A DNA stretch of 50,798 nucleotides from Candidatus Hadarchaeota archaeon. GTDB taxonomy: Archaea; CAYQAE01; CAYVLA01. A program made the position numbers and the translations under genes. This document shows positions 36,800 through 46,688 of this stretch, one piece after another (within the stretch, counting starts at the first letter, position 1; every line of letters starts with the position of its first letter). Under the pieces are notes generated by a model. It saw only the letters and a list, made by a program, of their open reading frames with translations, had not been told where the DNA came from and did not search any database. Location: contig CAYVLA010000012.1 of NCBI GenBank assembly GCA_964452145.1, forward strand, positions 1-50,798, in the 5' to 3' direction.

Positions 36800-39700
36800 T
36801 CAACCGTGCGGGCTGCGGCGCCTCAAGCCGGATACTGCCGCCCCGAGCAGCAGGATGGCAGTGCCTGCTATCAGAGATTCCTCGTCCACCACCTTGAACC
36901 CCGAGTAGGCTCGATCCCGGTCTGAGATGTAGCATCCGTTGGCGTCCAGATCCAGAACCATGTCGTAGGAGCCTGCAATCAGATCTCCCGTCCATACTGG
37001 CATGGTCAGGGACCCGTTCAGAAACAGGGTGCGGGGGCCACCCGAGCTGTCGCAAAGCGGGCTCCCCTCCTGATGGGAACCGCTGGTAACTATGTAGAGG
37101 TGGGAAGCAAGGGGCAGGGGGGAGACAACGGTCACGAAGATGGTCTCATGGCGGTGGAACTCCTCCTTCCTCCTTCCTTCGGAGTCCGAGGGCCATAGGG
37201 CGACATCAGACGGGGAAATCACGTGCACCCTGATCTCGGACGTGTGAGATGCGCCGTCATCGTCTGAGATGGTCAGGGAAACCGTGTAGGTTCCAGCAGC
37301 GGTGAAAGTGTGGCCCACCATCGGGAGGTTGGCCCCGGTTCCGTCGCCCAGATCCCAGAGATAAGCCGCAACGATGCCATCTTCGTCATGGCTGGCCGAT
37401 CCGTCAAGAAGCAGGGGCACTCCAACGACTCCGAAGTAGGGCCCCCCCGGAAGGCTTACGGGAGGGACATTGGGGGGCATCACCGTCACTGATCCCGAGG
37501 CGATGTCGTTGTCCAGTCTGTTCGTCTCGAACGGTATCGGAGAGGTCCTGAGCCGAATCCTGGCCTCCCCGGGCCCCGCCTCGCTGGTGTTCCAGCTCAG
37601 CGCCACTGGGATCTGAGAGAATGGGTTCAGGGCCACGCTCTGTGCGAGGACCACGTCATCCCCCCAGACAAGTTCGACCGTGAATTCGTGAGCGTACGAT
37701 CCTCGGTTGCCCAAGGTTGCGTTCAGAACCAGGACTGTGCCCTGTTTGACGCTCCTCTTCTCGGGGACCAAGGATGATATGTAGATGTCGGGGGGCTGAA
37801 GGATGGTGAGCGTGCCAGTCGAGATCTCGTTGTCCCCGATCTCAACCTCCCCTGGAAGGACCTCAACACGGGCCCTGAGAATGTGACTGCCCGGCGACGC
37901 GGAAGCGGTGTTCCAGTCGAAGGTGAGTTCTGATATCGATCCGGGAGCCAGAGCCTGGATTTTCAGGGTCCCGATCTGGGCCGAGCCGTAGAGAACCTGA
38001 ACCGACGCATCCTCCGCCTGGCCGCCTCTGTTCTCAACCATGAGGCTGAGGGAGATCATTTCGCCTTGGATGGCGGTCTGCTTGTGTGGGGCAAGGGACA
38101 ACAGAGCCATGTCGGGCCTGGATCGGCAGGAGTAACCTGGGTAGATCCGGATGTCGTTGGCATCAAAGAGTCCGTTGCGGTTGATGTCAAGCCAGATACC
38201 CATCTCCCCCGTTGTCGATGCCACCGATAGATTGACGAGGAGTTCCCCCCGGCCATCAACACCGACCGAGCGTACCGTTGATACAGGGCACAGCGACGCA
38301 TTCACCAGATGGAGATCGACCCGGATTCCGGGAGGCAGGCCCGATCCCCTCACGTAGACCGTCTCGTTCAGATAGAACTCGCTCCTAGCATTCCCGTCCC
38401 GATCACAGGACAGCACGCTCATCGGCGGCGGGGGGAAACCTTGAAAGAAGTAGGCGTGGGCCGATGGGCAGCCCGTATAGTTGTCGTGGCACTCCACGGT
38501 AATGAGATGATAGGACCCGCTTCCCGGACCGACGGCTCTGAGAACGTGGTCCAGCTCACCCGTCATCGACGCATACACATGCGAGAGCAGGGACCCGTCC
38601 CACCGTAGCGAAAGCTTGGATCCAGGCGGAAAGCCGGAGGCCTGTATTGTGATGGAAGTGCCCTCAGGCCCCGAGGATGGAAGCAGGCTGAGGCCGACCA
38701 CCCAAGGATCGACCGTGAAGTGCATGACATTCGATCCCAGCCCGGGAAAGGCAGCCGATAGGTTGAGCTGGTGTACTCCCAGGGCCAGATCCGGGTTCAG
38801 GAAGAGGTATGCGAAGATCGTGCCGTCGGACTGTGTGTTGCCCGTGCCCATCGCTCGGTCGTCCATACGGACGCTGTAGGGGCACTGCCTCGGGAGGCCC
38901 GAGGCGAGGAGGCGGACGGCCTCTCCCGGCCGGGGAATCGCCGGCTGCAGCTCCAGCCGTGGCGACCATTCCGTTATGCCCAGGGTCGTCGTCGCCCTCG
39001 GGGGTCCGTAGTGAGACGGAACGATGATCTCAAGCGCCCAGCTGCCGAGCGAAAGGTCTCCGGGAAGGGATGGTGACGCGGACAGCGCACCTTCATCGTC
39101 CGTTAGCCCGCGATGGATGGATCTGTTCGAGATGTGGACCTCGTACTCCGAATTGGGCGGAAAGCCCGTTGCCGAGATATCTATCCAGCCCCCTGGATGA
39201 CAAGCGCTCTCCGTGATCTGGACGTCCAACGGCCATGGGTCCACATCGATGTGTGCGGTTCCACTTGGCTGGCCGGTAAGGCGGGGAGCCGTGGCTTTCA
39301 GCACGTGTCTCCCGGTGGGGAGGTCCGACGGGATGGCGAATCGAAGATTGAAGGATCCGTTGTAGTCCGTTGCCAGTTCCCCTATGGATAGGTCATCGAG
39401 GGTCAGTTTTACCTGTTCGTTCGGCGGGAAGTCGCGACCCGCCAGATCGACTTGACAGCCCGTGTGTGTGCGATTCGGCGTGGCCACTACCTGACACAGG
39501 TATTCTAGGACCTCGAACTCGGCCCTGCCGGAAGGAGGGCCTCCGTAGTCGGTTGCGTTGGCGGTGACGATGTGGATGCCGGGCGAAAAGGCCGGATCGA
39601 GTGTGAACATGCGATGAAAGAAGGTGCCGTTCTCGTCCACGGTTCCTTCGTGAACCTTCCTGCCGTCGATATATATCTCCACGCGGGACCCGGCTGGATA

Positions 39701-40945
39701 CAGGCTACCGTTGATGTCGAACCATCCTCCCTGATGGAATCTGGTAGGGGTGACGACCAACACAACCGACCAGGGATCCAGCATCACCTGGGCTGTGGCC
39801 TTGGGTGGCCCGGCCACCTGGGTCGCGACTGCTGTGAGATTGTGGATTCCCAGCGGCGTGCCCTTGGGGAACACGTAGCTCGCGTTGAAACTGCCTGAGG
39901 GCGAGATCGCCCCGGAGATGATAGGCGTAGCATTGGCGGTGTATGGTCCGAGAAAAACGGTGTAGGACTCGTTGTAGGGGAATCCGGAACCGCTCAGGTT
40001 CACAGGGGTGCCGCCTGGGAGGGTTACATTAGGGGAGACGACAAGCTCGGCCTTCCACTGGGTTGTCTGGAAGCCCAAAGTGACCTTGACCTCTCCTGTC
40101 ACCAGATCCATGATATGGTCGCCCGGGATCAGCGATCTCGGGATCTGGGCACCCTTCCGGAAGAAGGCCCCTGCATAGCTGGTCCCGTTCAACCAGCTGG
40201 CTCCATCGATGAAGACCTGGTATGCGCAGGACAGAAGCGTCGGGTCGTAGGGCAAGCCCGAGCCGGTCACGTTTGCCCCGTAGCTGGCGCGCAGGTCCTC
40301 TCCCGATGCGAAGGGTCCGATGGTTGCGGTTGCTCCGGATGGGACTCTGAAGAAGAGCCACGGCACCAACGGGTTCCCGTGAGAGGTGGTCCATGAGGAG
40401 CCGCCCTTCAGGCCCGAGGTATTAACCCGCAGCTGGTACAGCCCTGCATGCCTGGTCGGATCGAAAGTCGTCACGAAGAGGAAGTAGTAGTACCCGCGGT
40501 CGTATGTGATCGAGGTGGGCGGAAGCGTTATTGCGGCGAAGGGTTCGACCGGCTGGCTGTCATTCAAGGCTGCGGGGCTTGGGTGTCCCGAGCGGTCGAC
40601 CGCGGGTAGTATGGTGCCGTTGGCGTCAAACCTGATACTGGTGTCAGCGTTCCTGTAGAGGATGAAGGTCGCGTTCGCCGCTGGGATGTGATCCGTGGAC
40701 CGCTTCACATATGCCAGATCCACCTTGGAGTCCGGGCGGGTCAGGTTCAGGCAGAGACCGGCACCGTCGTACCGATCCCACGCACTCTCGGGCGTACCGG
40801 TCTCCTTGATCCAAACGCCTTCCTCAACGAGGTAGTCTGGGGGCGGCTTGAGGGAAGATTCGGCTGCGCCCAAGAAGAGCAACGTGCATGCGATACACGC
40901 AGGAATGGCGGCGCTGAGTGGAAAAATGCCGAGTTGATCTCGCAT
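36800..40945 (-). CDS. 1381-aa surface protein: S-layer-like domain 1, about 7 IPT/Ig-like repeats, 2 CARDB, PKD and C-terminal anchor
   Basis: Signal peptide; repeated GSGFP...TD..G.F...P...G.H units; CARDB motifs (V.N.G...WNT...E...DN); PKD motifs (GGPY, DGSASHD, YLWDLGDG, GTYTVSLT); terminal TM plus RRR. Confidence 0.85.
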   Translation of the reverse strand: MRDQLGIFPLSAAIPACIACTLLFLGAAESSLKPPPDYLVEEGVWIKETGTPESAWDRYDGAGLCLNLTRPDSKVDLAYVKRSTDHIPAANATFILYRNADTSIRFDANGTILPAVDRSGHPSPAALNDSQPVEPFAAITLPPTSITYDRGYYYFLFVTTFDPTRHAGLYQLRVNTSGLKGGSSWTTSHGNPLVPWLFFRVPSGATATIGPFASGEDLRASYGANVTGSGLPYDPTLLSCAYQVFIDGASWLNGTSYAGAFFRKGAQIPRSLIPGDHIMDLVTGEVKVTLGFQTTQWKAELVVSPNVTLPGGTPVNLSGSGFPYNESYTVFLGPYTANATPIISGAISPSGSFNASYVFPKGTPLGIHNLTAVATQVAGPPKATAQVMLDPWSVVLVVTPTRFHQGGWFDINGSLYPAGSRVEIYIDGRKVHEGTVDENGTFFHRMFTLDPAFSPGIHIVTANATDYGGPPSGRAEFEVLEYLCQVVATPNRTHTGCQVDLAGRDFPPNEQVKLTLDDLSIGELATDYNGSFNLRFAIPSDLPTGRHVLKATAPRLTGQPSGTAHIDVDPWPLDVQITESACHPGGWIDISATGFPPNSEYEVHISNRSIHRGLTDDEGALSASPSLPGDLSLGSWALEIIVPSHYGPPRATTTLGITEWSPRLELQPAIPRPGEAVRLLASGLPRQCPYSVRMDDRAMGTGNTQSDGTIFAYLFLNPDLALGVHQLNLSAAFPGLGSNVMHFTVDPWVVGLSLLPSSGPEGTSITIQASGFPPGSKLSLRWDGSLLSHVYASMTGELDHVLRAVGPGSGSYHLITVECHDNYTGCPSAHAYFFQGFPPPPMSVLSCDRDGNARSEFYLNETVYVRGSGLPPGIRVDLHLVNASLCPVSTVRSVGVDGRGELLVNLSVASTTGEMGIWLDINRNGLFDANDIRIYPGYSCRSRPDMALLSLAPHKQTAIQGEMISLSLMVENRGGQAEDASVQVLYGSAQIGTLKIQALAPGSISELTFDWNTASASPGSHILRARVEVLPGEVEIGDNEISTGTLTILQPPDIYISSLVPEKRSVKQGTVLVLNATLGNRGSYAHEFTVELVWGDDVVLAQSVALNPFSQIPVALSWNTSEAGPGEARIRLRTSPIPFETNRLDNDIASGSVTVMPPNVPPVSLPGGPYFGVVGVPLLLDGSASHDEDGIVAAYLWDLGDGTGANLPMVGHTFTAAGTYTVSLTISDDDGASHTSEIRVHVISPSDVALWPSDSEGRRKEEFHRHETIFVTVVSPLPLASHLYIVTSGSHQEGSPLCDSSGGPRTLFLNGSLTMPVWTGDLIAGSYDMVLDLDANGCYISDRDRAYSGFKVVDEESLIAGTAILLLGAAVSGLRRRSPHG

Positions 40946-41066
40946 CCTTTGCTGGAATCGGCGGGTTGGAATATATATGGGAACGGAGGATGCGGCGAGC
41001 GGTTCGGGAATATCACAGACGCCGTTGCCGCGGTTCCGACCCCTCCGTATCGGAATCTCTGCTGGA

Positions 41067-44000
41067 TCACAACCCGCCTCGACGCCTCCTGAAAACCTTG
41101 CCCAACCTGCTGCGGAAGGACTGGGTCGGCCCGATCTTCATCGGCTTCTCGGGAACGTAGGGCTTCTCGGGCAGGGGGGCTTGAGCGGGCGGTCTTGGTG
41201 GTGTTATGGGTTTTTCGGGTGGCTTTGTGGGTGGTGGTGTTATGGGTGCGACGGATGGTTGAGCGATTCGGGCAGGCGCTTCCGGTGGCTTGGGTTCTGA
41301 CGGTCCCTCCCTGGGGAGGCTGATCCTCACCGCCTCGGGTCTGCGCAAAGACGGGGCCTTTCCAACACCCGGCACCTCCTCGACCGGCCGCGGTACCTTC
41401 AAGCGCTCAACTCCTCTACCGGAGGGCCGAGGCATCCGAAGGCCGATCGACGGGCGCTTGACTACGTAGTAAGAAAGGCCTACCATGACGATGGCCAATC
41501 CTATCTTGAGAAGAGCGGACAGGCTCAACCCTTTCCTCGGGGGCGGCTGGAAATGTATGAGGTAGCTCTCAGGAGACAGGTCGGTGACGCAGACGATCCT
41601 CTTGCCGTCTCTCTCCTCCTCCCACCACTGATCAGAGGCCAATCTCTCCCCGTTGGCCTTAGAAAGGAACAAGATGGTTGTGTTCACGTACAGCTCGATC
41701 TCGGAGTAACTCCAGCCGCTCGCCTTGGGAAGGTGGACCATCGCGGTGTAGTTGTTCTCCTTCGAGGGCTCCTCCACGATCTCGGCCGGGACGATCTCCA
41801 CGGGAATGGATGCTGCTTGCGATGCGATGAAGATCTGCATGTCTCCCACATCTCCGCTTCCGGTTATGACGATGTCCTCGCTAACAACCCATAGGGGTAT
41901 ATGGACCGTGGTGTTGTGGCCCAGCCTGTCGAAGCATGTGATGGTTACATCTGCCCTTCCCTTGATCTCGGCCAGGTTAGGCCGCCATAGCATCTGCCCC
42001 AAGGGCTCCTGCTGTACGAGGGATCCGTTCAGGTAGACAGCGGTTGTGTTGATCCCGTTCGCATCCTGAGCTACAACTCTGATCCAGAAGCCCTTCGCCA
42101 TGGATGATTCCTTCGTTGGGAACTGGATCTGGACTGTTGGAGGGGTGTTGTCGACGGTGAGCTTAGCCGCTCGGTCGTCGGCCATGTTTCCTGATCGGTC
42201 CTGGGACCTGATGACGCAGGTGTATGTCCCATCTCCGAGCGTGGCGTTCAGTACGAAGGAGTTGCCGTATCTGCTATCCCGGGGCAAGCCATCGCCGTGA
42301 GCCCCGTCATCGTAGAGCTCCATGGTCAGATGGACGGTCTCCGCCGAGCTGTTCGAGACCAGCAGGAAGACGACCGATGAGATGCCCGCAAGCTGGTCCT
42401 GGGAGTCTGCCAGGACTTGGATCACGTCCCCGGCCTTGGCGAGGGCGGGCAGGATCTCGGTCCGCAAGATGCTCGGTGCCGTGTTGTCCACGACGATGGC
42501 CCCCGACATTGCGGTGGCATTCCTACCCGCGACATCCTGCGCCATGACTTCGTATTCGTATCTGCCTTCGGTCGAGGGCAGCTGGAAGATGCCCATCCAC
42601 GTGTCGCCTTCGGTGTGATTCAAGGGTGTGCCACCGAACGAGACCGAGGCGACCCCGTAGTTGTCGGAGGCGACAACGGTGACGTTGATACGGGATTGTA
42701 GCTTGGTGGTGAAGTTGTTGCTGGTGGTGATGGAGTGTATCACGGGATCTGTCCTGTCGACGACGATGTTGGGCCGGACCTCGACGAAGTTGCCCGCCAG
42801 ATCCGTTGCGCTGAGGAGGAGTGAGTGGGTTCCCTCCGCGATGTCCGGGATGGAGAAGATCGCTCCGTAGAGCCCATCGCCCGGCGCGCCATCACGGCTG
42901 CTACCATCGTCCAGAAGCGGATGGACCTGCCCACCAAGGGAGACCGTCGCAACCGCCACTCCCGCGAAATCCGTCAGCTTCGCGAGCACGGTCAGCTCGT
43001 CCCCCACCCTCACGAAGGTCTTGGAGATCGATACAACTTCGATTTCCACGGCGGTGTTGTCCACCAAGACGATCACGATCGCCTTGGCGGAGAGGAATCC
43101 ATCCGAGGCCGTTGCTGTTATGTTGTACCACCCGTCCGGGTCAAGGGCAGTCATCCACATGTAGCTCTGCTGGGAGGAGACCTCCCTTCCGTTGATCAGG
43201 ATCCGGAACAGGATCCTGTCCCCCTCCGGATCCGACGACATAAGGCTTATCGTGACAAGGCCCGCCAGGATCGATCCATTTGCGGGCTCGCTTATCGCAA
43301 TGCTTGGGGCGGAATTCGGGGCCTGATGGACCTCGGTCGGGGTGAAGACTCGGTCATAGCCGTCGTAAAGCTCGAATCTGACCTCATAGACGGCGCCCAG
43401 CTCTCCCGGGATCTTCACGCGTTTGGCAACGAAGAAGGAATCCCAAATTGTCTGGTTCACCTTGCGGAAGTAGCAGGTCGTCCACAGGGTGTCGCCGTCG
43501 GGGTCGTAGGCCCCCACCTCTGCGTAGAAGCTGTGGGTCCCGTTCTCATCCTCAAGGGTCAGAGACAGGAACACCGGGGGCCTGTTGGGCAGGCTCGTCT
43601 CGGTGATCTCCGAGTAGCCCTGCCCCCCGTATGCATCCCGCACCAAGACCCTGAACTGGACGCTCTGCTTGGGGAGGTATCCGTTGGCCGTGGACAGCGT
43701 ATACCTGGCGGTGCTGCCGTCTATGGTCATTGGGGATTCCCTCCATGCATCCGCCGTGGATCTTCGGTGTTGGAGCGTGGCGGTCATGGCGTCGCCTTCG
43801 ATGTCGGCGAGCGTGGACGAGATGTCAAGATTGTGCCCCGTCCTGGTGACATATGCAGGCTTGGTTGCCGAGGGGTCCCTGTTTGGCAGGGAGAGCGTTC
43901 CGATTGACGACGTGCCCACGCCGCCGTACTGGTCGCTGACCCTGAGGCGGAATTGTATCACCTGCCCCGGGACGTAGCCGTCCGCCGGCCCGATCGCGGC

Positions 44001-46676
44001 CGAAGCGACGGCACCGGAGAGGTTCATGGTCCTCACGGTCCAGTTCTGTGATCCATTCAGCCTGTGATCAAGGAGCATCTGGACGATGCTGTCCCCTTCC
44101 GGATCCGAGGCTAGGGCAGTGATGTAGGCGATGTGCTTGTCGGCCGAGCTGGTGATGTTTATGTAGGAGAAGGATGGGCCGCGGTTGGGGATTGGATGGG
44201 TGTAGGCAGGCGAGGCGCTGGAGGCGCCGTACTGGTCGACGGCTTCGACCTTGAACTCCACAACGTCGATGGGGAGGTAGCCCTGGGCCATCGTTATGGT
44301 TGCGCTGGCGGTTCCACCCACGAGCGACATGGTGGTCGTCTTCCAGGAGACCGTGCCGAACACCCTGTGACTCAGCGTCGCAGACTGGACGGCGTCCCCG
44401 TCCTGATCCGACACGGGGAAGCTGACCGAGAACTGGTGCTGGTTCGCGCTGTCGGTGATGGTCGGCTGACCGATGGTCGGCGGGGCGTTGCCCAGCTGGG
44501 ATTGGTACAGATCGCTCTCGGCCTCGGCCGTGTACTGGTCCACCGCAACGATCTTGTACTGGATGTTCGCGGAGACCGAGAGGCCGTCGGCCGGGCTCAG
44601 GGTCGCACGGTACAGTCCCCCCGAAAGGGTCATGTTCTTGGCCGAGAACCCGCCTCCGGCCTGCTTGTAGTATAGCTTGACGCTGGAAATGGAGTCTCCC
44701 TCCGGATCGCTCACCTGGGCGCGTATCTCCAGGCTGTGGCCTGCTCCCTCCACGGCCTGCACGTTCGTTATCTGGGGAGGATTGTTGGTCAGAGTTGCGC
44801 TGCCGATAGCCGAGGAGCTGCTTGAATAGGGATCGCTGGCAACGATCTGGACCTCTATGAGAACCCCGGGAGCGTAGCCGTCTGCAACGGAGATGGTGGC
44901 GGAGGCCACGCCGGAGCCGACGGCCATAGACTTAATGCCCCAGGTGAAGGTGCCGAAGAGGCGATGCCTGAGCAGGGCCGTGGTGGTATCTGCTTCGGGG
45001 TCGACCACGGAGGCCGAGACGCTGAATGAGTGGGCAGTCTCGGATGGGGAGATCAGGAGGGTCCCCACGATCGGAGGGGAGTTGGGGATCTGGTAGCTGG
45101 AGGTGGACGTCTCCACGCTTCCCCCCTTCGGATCCTGAGCCCGGACGTAGAACTCCACCGTTGACCCAACGGAATAGTCGGCCGAGGAGATCGTGGCAGA
45201 ATAAGTGCCGGGTGCGGTGCCCGACATGCTCCTGGTCGACCAGGTCGTCGTGCCCTGACGCCTGTGGTAGAGGGTTGCGGTCACCGCATCGCCATCGGGG
45301 TCGGTTACCGTTGTGGTGACCCTGAATGAGTGGGTGCCGGCGATGGCCGAGCCGGTTGGCGTCGTGGCGGTTGGAGGCCGGTTATGCACGACCCTGACCT
45401 TGATCTGGTGGGAAACGGCGTCATCGCCGTCGGTTGCGTTCCCTATGACGTAGTACCATCCCTCCGGGGATGAGATGGTGTTCCATACGTGGGTCGAGCC
45501 GGCGTAGACGGTGCGGTTCGCAAGATTGGTGAGGTTGACCAGGGTTATGTGGTAGGTGAGCGGATCGCCATCCGGGTCCGATCCCGATATCGTGATGGTG
45601 GTTGTGCCGACGATCGTGGTGCCGTTGGCCGGGGAATCCACATGGACGGTGGGGGGCATGTTGGTGACCGTGACGTTCACCGGGATGTTGATCGTCCCCA
45701 ATCCCGTGGGCTGGACGACGATGTTGCCCAGTATCTGGCCTTTAAGCGAGGTGTCGGCCTCGGCCCTGAAGGTGCAGGAAGTCTCGGGGGGCAGGAAGAA
45801 CGAGGACGCCCAGGAGTCCATGATCGTCAGCCTGGCGATGGATTCCGAGACGCTGACCTGTACTCCCTGGCTGCCCGTGTTTGAGACCTTGAAGGACTGG
45901 GTCGTGTAGACATTCCGCGTCGTGACATGGTTCCAGCTTGTGGGGCTCACCTGGACGCTGGGGGCCAGCGTGTCCCTGACCTTCATCAACACCGGGACGT
46001 ACAGCACGCCGCCGGTTGCCGAGTTGATCACGATATTCCCCGAGAAGTCCCCCGATGTGCTCGTGTCGACGCTGGTGACGACCAAGCTGACCGTGCTCGA
46101 GGCCGGTACGTTGACCGGGAAGCCAGAGGAGGAGTTGGTCCCGAAGGATAGGAAGCTCGGGAAGGTTACGGTTGCCGAATGGGCCGATCCGGCGGAGTTG
46201 GTGAGGGAGAAGACCTTGGACGGCACGCCCGAGCCCTTCTGGACGTAGCCGTAGGTGCCGATCGTCCAGCTCGTGGGGTCTATGCTCAGCGCCGCCGACG
46301 CCACGACGAAGGCGGACTGGGCCCTGGCGCTGAGGTAGTGGGCTATGACCGTGTAAGTGCCGATCCTGGCGTTGATCGGGATTGTGATCGCCTTGAGGAA
46401 TCCGCCCGTGGAATTGGTCGTTGCGGTGGTCTGGAGGAAGAGGTTGCCGTCGGGATTCAGAATCTCGATGGTCACCATCACGCCGGCCACGTCCCATCCA
46501 CCGTAGGTCAGCCTTCCCTCTATGGGGACTGGGTCGGTCCTGTAGTAGGTTGCGCCCGCGGGCTTGGTCAGCGTCAGCGCATAGGTCTGACCCATGGCCG
46601 GGCCCGCCAAGGCAAGCGCGACCGTCCAGACGGTCAGGAACGGTCCAAGGCGTCTCAAGGGGGTCAACGTCCACAC
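41067..46676 (-). CDS. 1869-aa membrane-anchored adhesin-like protein with cadherin/Ig-like repeats
   Basis: Signal peptide; nine N-x-x-P...D-P-[DE]-G-D type repeats; DNTxP repeats; two L.DDG..D...D..YG motifs; TM helix; Pro-rich basic tail. Confidence 0.85.
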   Translation of the reverse strand: MWTLTPLRRLGPFLTVWTVALALAGPAMGQTYALTLTKPAGATYYRTDPVPIEGRLTYGGWDVAGVMVTIEILNPDGNLFLQTTATTNSTGGFLKAITIPINARIGTYTVIAHYLSARAQSAFVVASAALSIDPTSWTIGTYGYVQKGSGVPSKVFSLTNSAGSAHSATVTFPSFLSFGTNSSSGFPVNVPASSTVSLVVTSVDTSTSGDFSGNIVINSATGGVLYVPVLMKVRDTLAPSVQVSPTSWNHVTTRNVYTTQSFKVSNTGSQGVQVSVSESIARLTIMDSWASSFFLPPETSCTFRAEADTSLKGQILGNIVVQPTGLGTINIPVNVTVTNMPPTVHVDSPANGTTIVGTTTITISGSDPDGDPLTYHITLVNLTNLANRTVYAGSTHVWNTISSPEGWYYVIGNATDGDDAVSHQIKVRVVHNRPPTATTPTGSAIAGTHSFRVTTTVTDPDGDAVTATLYHRRQGTTTWSTRSMSGTAPGTYSATISSADYSVGSTVEFYVRAQDPKGGSVETSTSSYQIPNSPPIVGTLLISPSETAHSFSVSASVVDPEADTTTALLRHRLFGTFTWGIKSMAVGSGVASATISVADGYAPGVLIEVQIVASDPYSSSSSAIGSATLTNNPPQITNVQAVEGAGHSLEIRAQVSDPEGDSISSVKLYYKQAGGGFSAKNMTLSGGLYRATLSPADGLSVSANIQYKIVAVDQYTAEAESDLYQSQLGNAPPTIGQPTITDSANQHQFSVSFPVSDQDGDAVQSATLSHRVFGTVSWKTTTMSLVGGTASATITMAQGYLPIDVVEFKVEAVDQYGASSASPAYTHPIPNRGPSFSYINITSSADKHIAYITALASDPEGDSIVQMLLDHRLNGSQNWTVRTMNLSGAVASAAIGPADGYVPGQVIQFRLRVSDQYGGVGTSSIGTLSLPNRDPSATKPAYVTRTGHNLDISSTLADIEGDAMTATLQHRRSTADAWRESPMTIDGSTARYTLSTANGYLPKQSVQFRVLVRDAYGGQGYSEITETSLPNRPPVFLSLTLEDENGTHSFYAEVGAYDPDGDTLWTTCYFRKVNQTIWDSFFVAKRVKIPGELGAVYEVRFELYDGYDRVFTPTEVHQAPNSAPSIAISEPANGSILAGLVTISLMSSDPEGDRILFRILINGREVSSQQSYMWMTALDPDGWYNITATASDGFLSAKAIVIVLVDNTAVEIEVVSISKTFVRVGDELTVLAKLTDFAGVAVATVSLGGQVHPLLDDGSSRDGAPGDGLYGAIFSIPDIAEGTHSLLLSATDLAGNFVEVRPNIVVDRTDPVIHSITTSNNFTTKLQSRINVTVVASDNYGVASVSFGGTPLNHTEGDTWMGIFQLPSTEGRYEYEVMAQDVAGRNATAMSGAIVVDNTAPSILRTEILPALAKAGDVIQVLADSQDQLAGISSVVFLLVSNSSAETVHLTMELYDDGAHGDGLPRDSRYGNSFVLNATLGDGTYTCVIRSQDRSGNMADDRAAKLTVDNTPPTVQIQFPTKESSMAKGFWIRVVAQDANGINTTAVYLNGSLVQQEPLGQMLWRPNLAEIKGRADVTITCFDRLGHNTTVHIPLWVVSEDIVITGSGDVGDMQIFIASQAASIPVEIVPAEIVEEPSKENNYTAMVHLPKASGWSYSEIELYVNTTILFLSKANGERLASDQWWEEERDGKRIVCVTDLSPESYLIHFQPPPRKGLSLSALLKIGLAIVMVGLSYYVVKRPSIGLRMPRPSGRGVERLKVPRPVEEVPGVGKAPSLRRPEAVRISLPREGPSEPKPPEAPARIAQPSVAPITPPPTKPPEKPITPPRPPAQAPLPEKPYVPEKPMKIGPTQSFRSRLGKVFRRRRGGL

Positions 46677-46688
46677 CGCGCCGTCTCG

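Noticed and set aside
41180..41250. Short direct repeats GGTGGTGTTATGGG
   Set aside because: They simply encode the PITPP repeats of the adhesin's Pro-rich tail.
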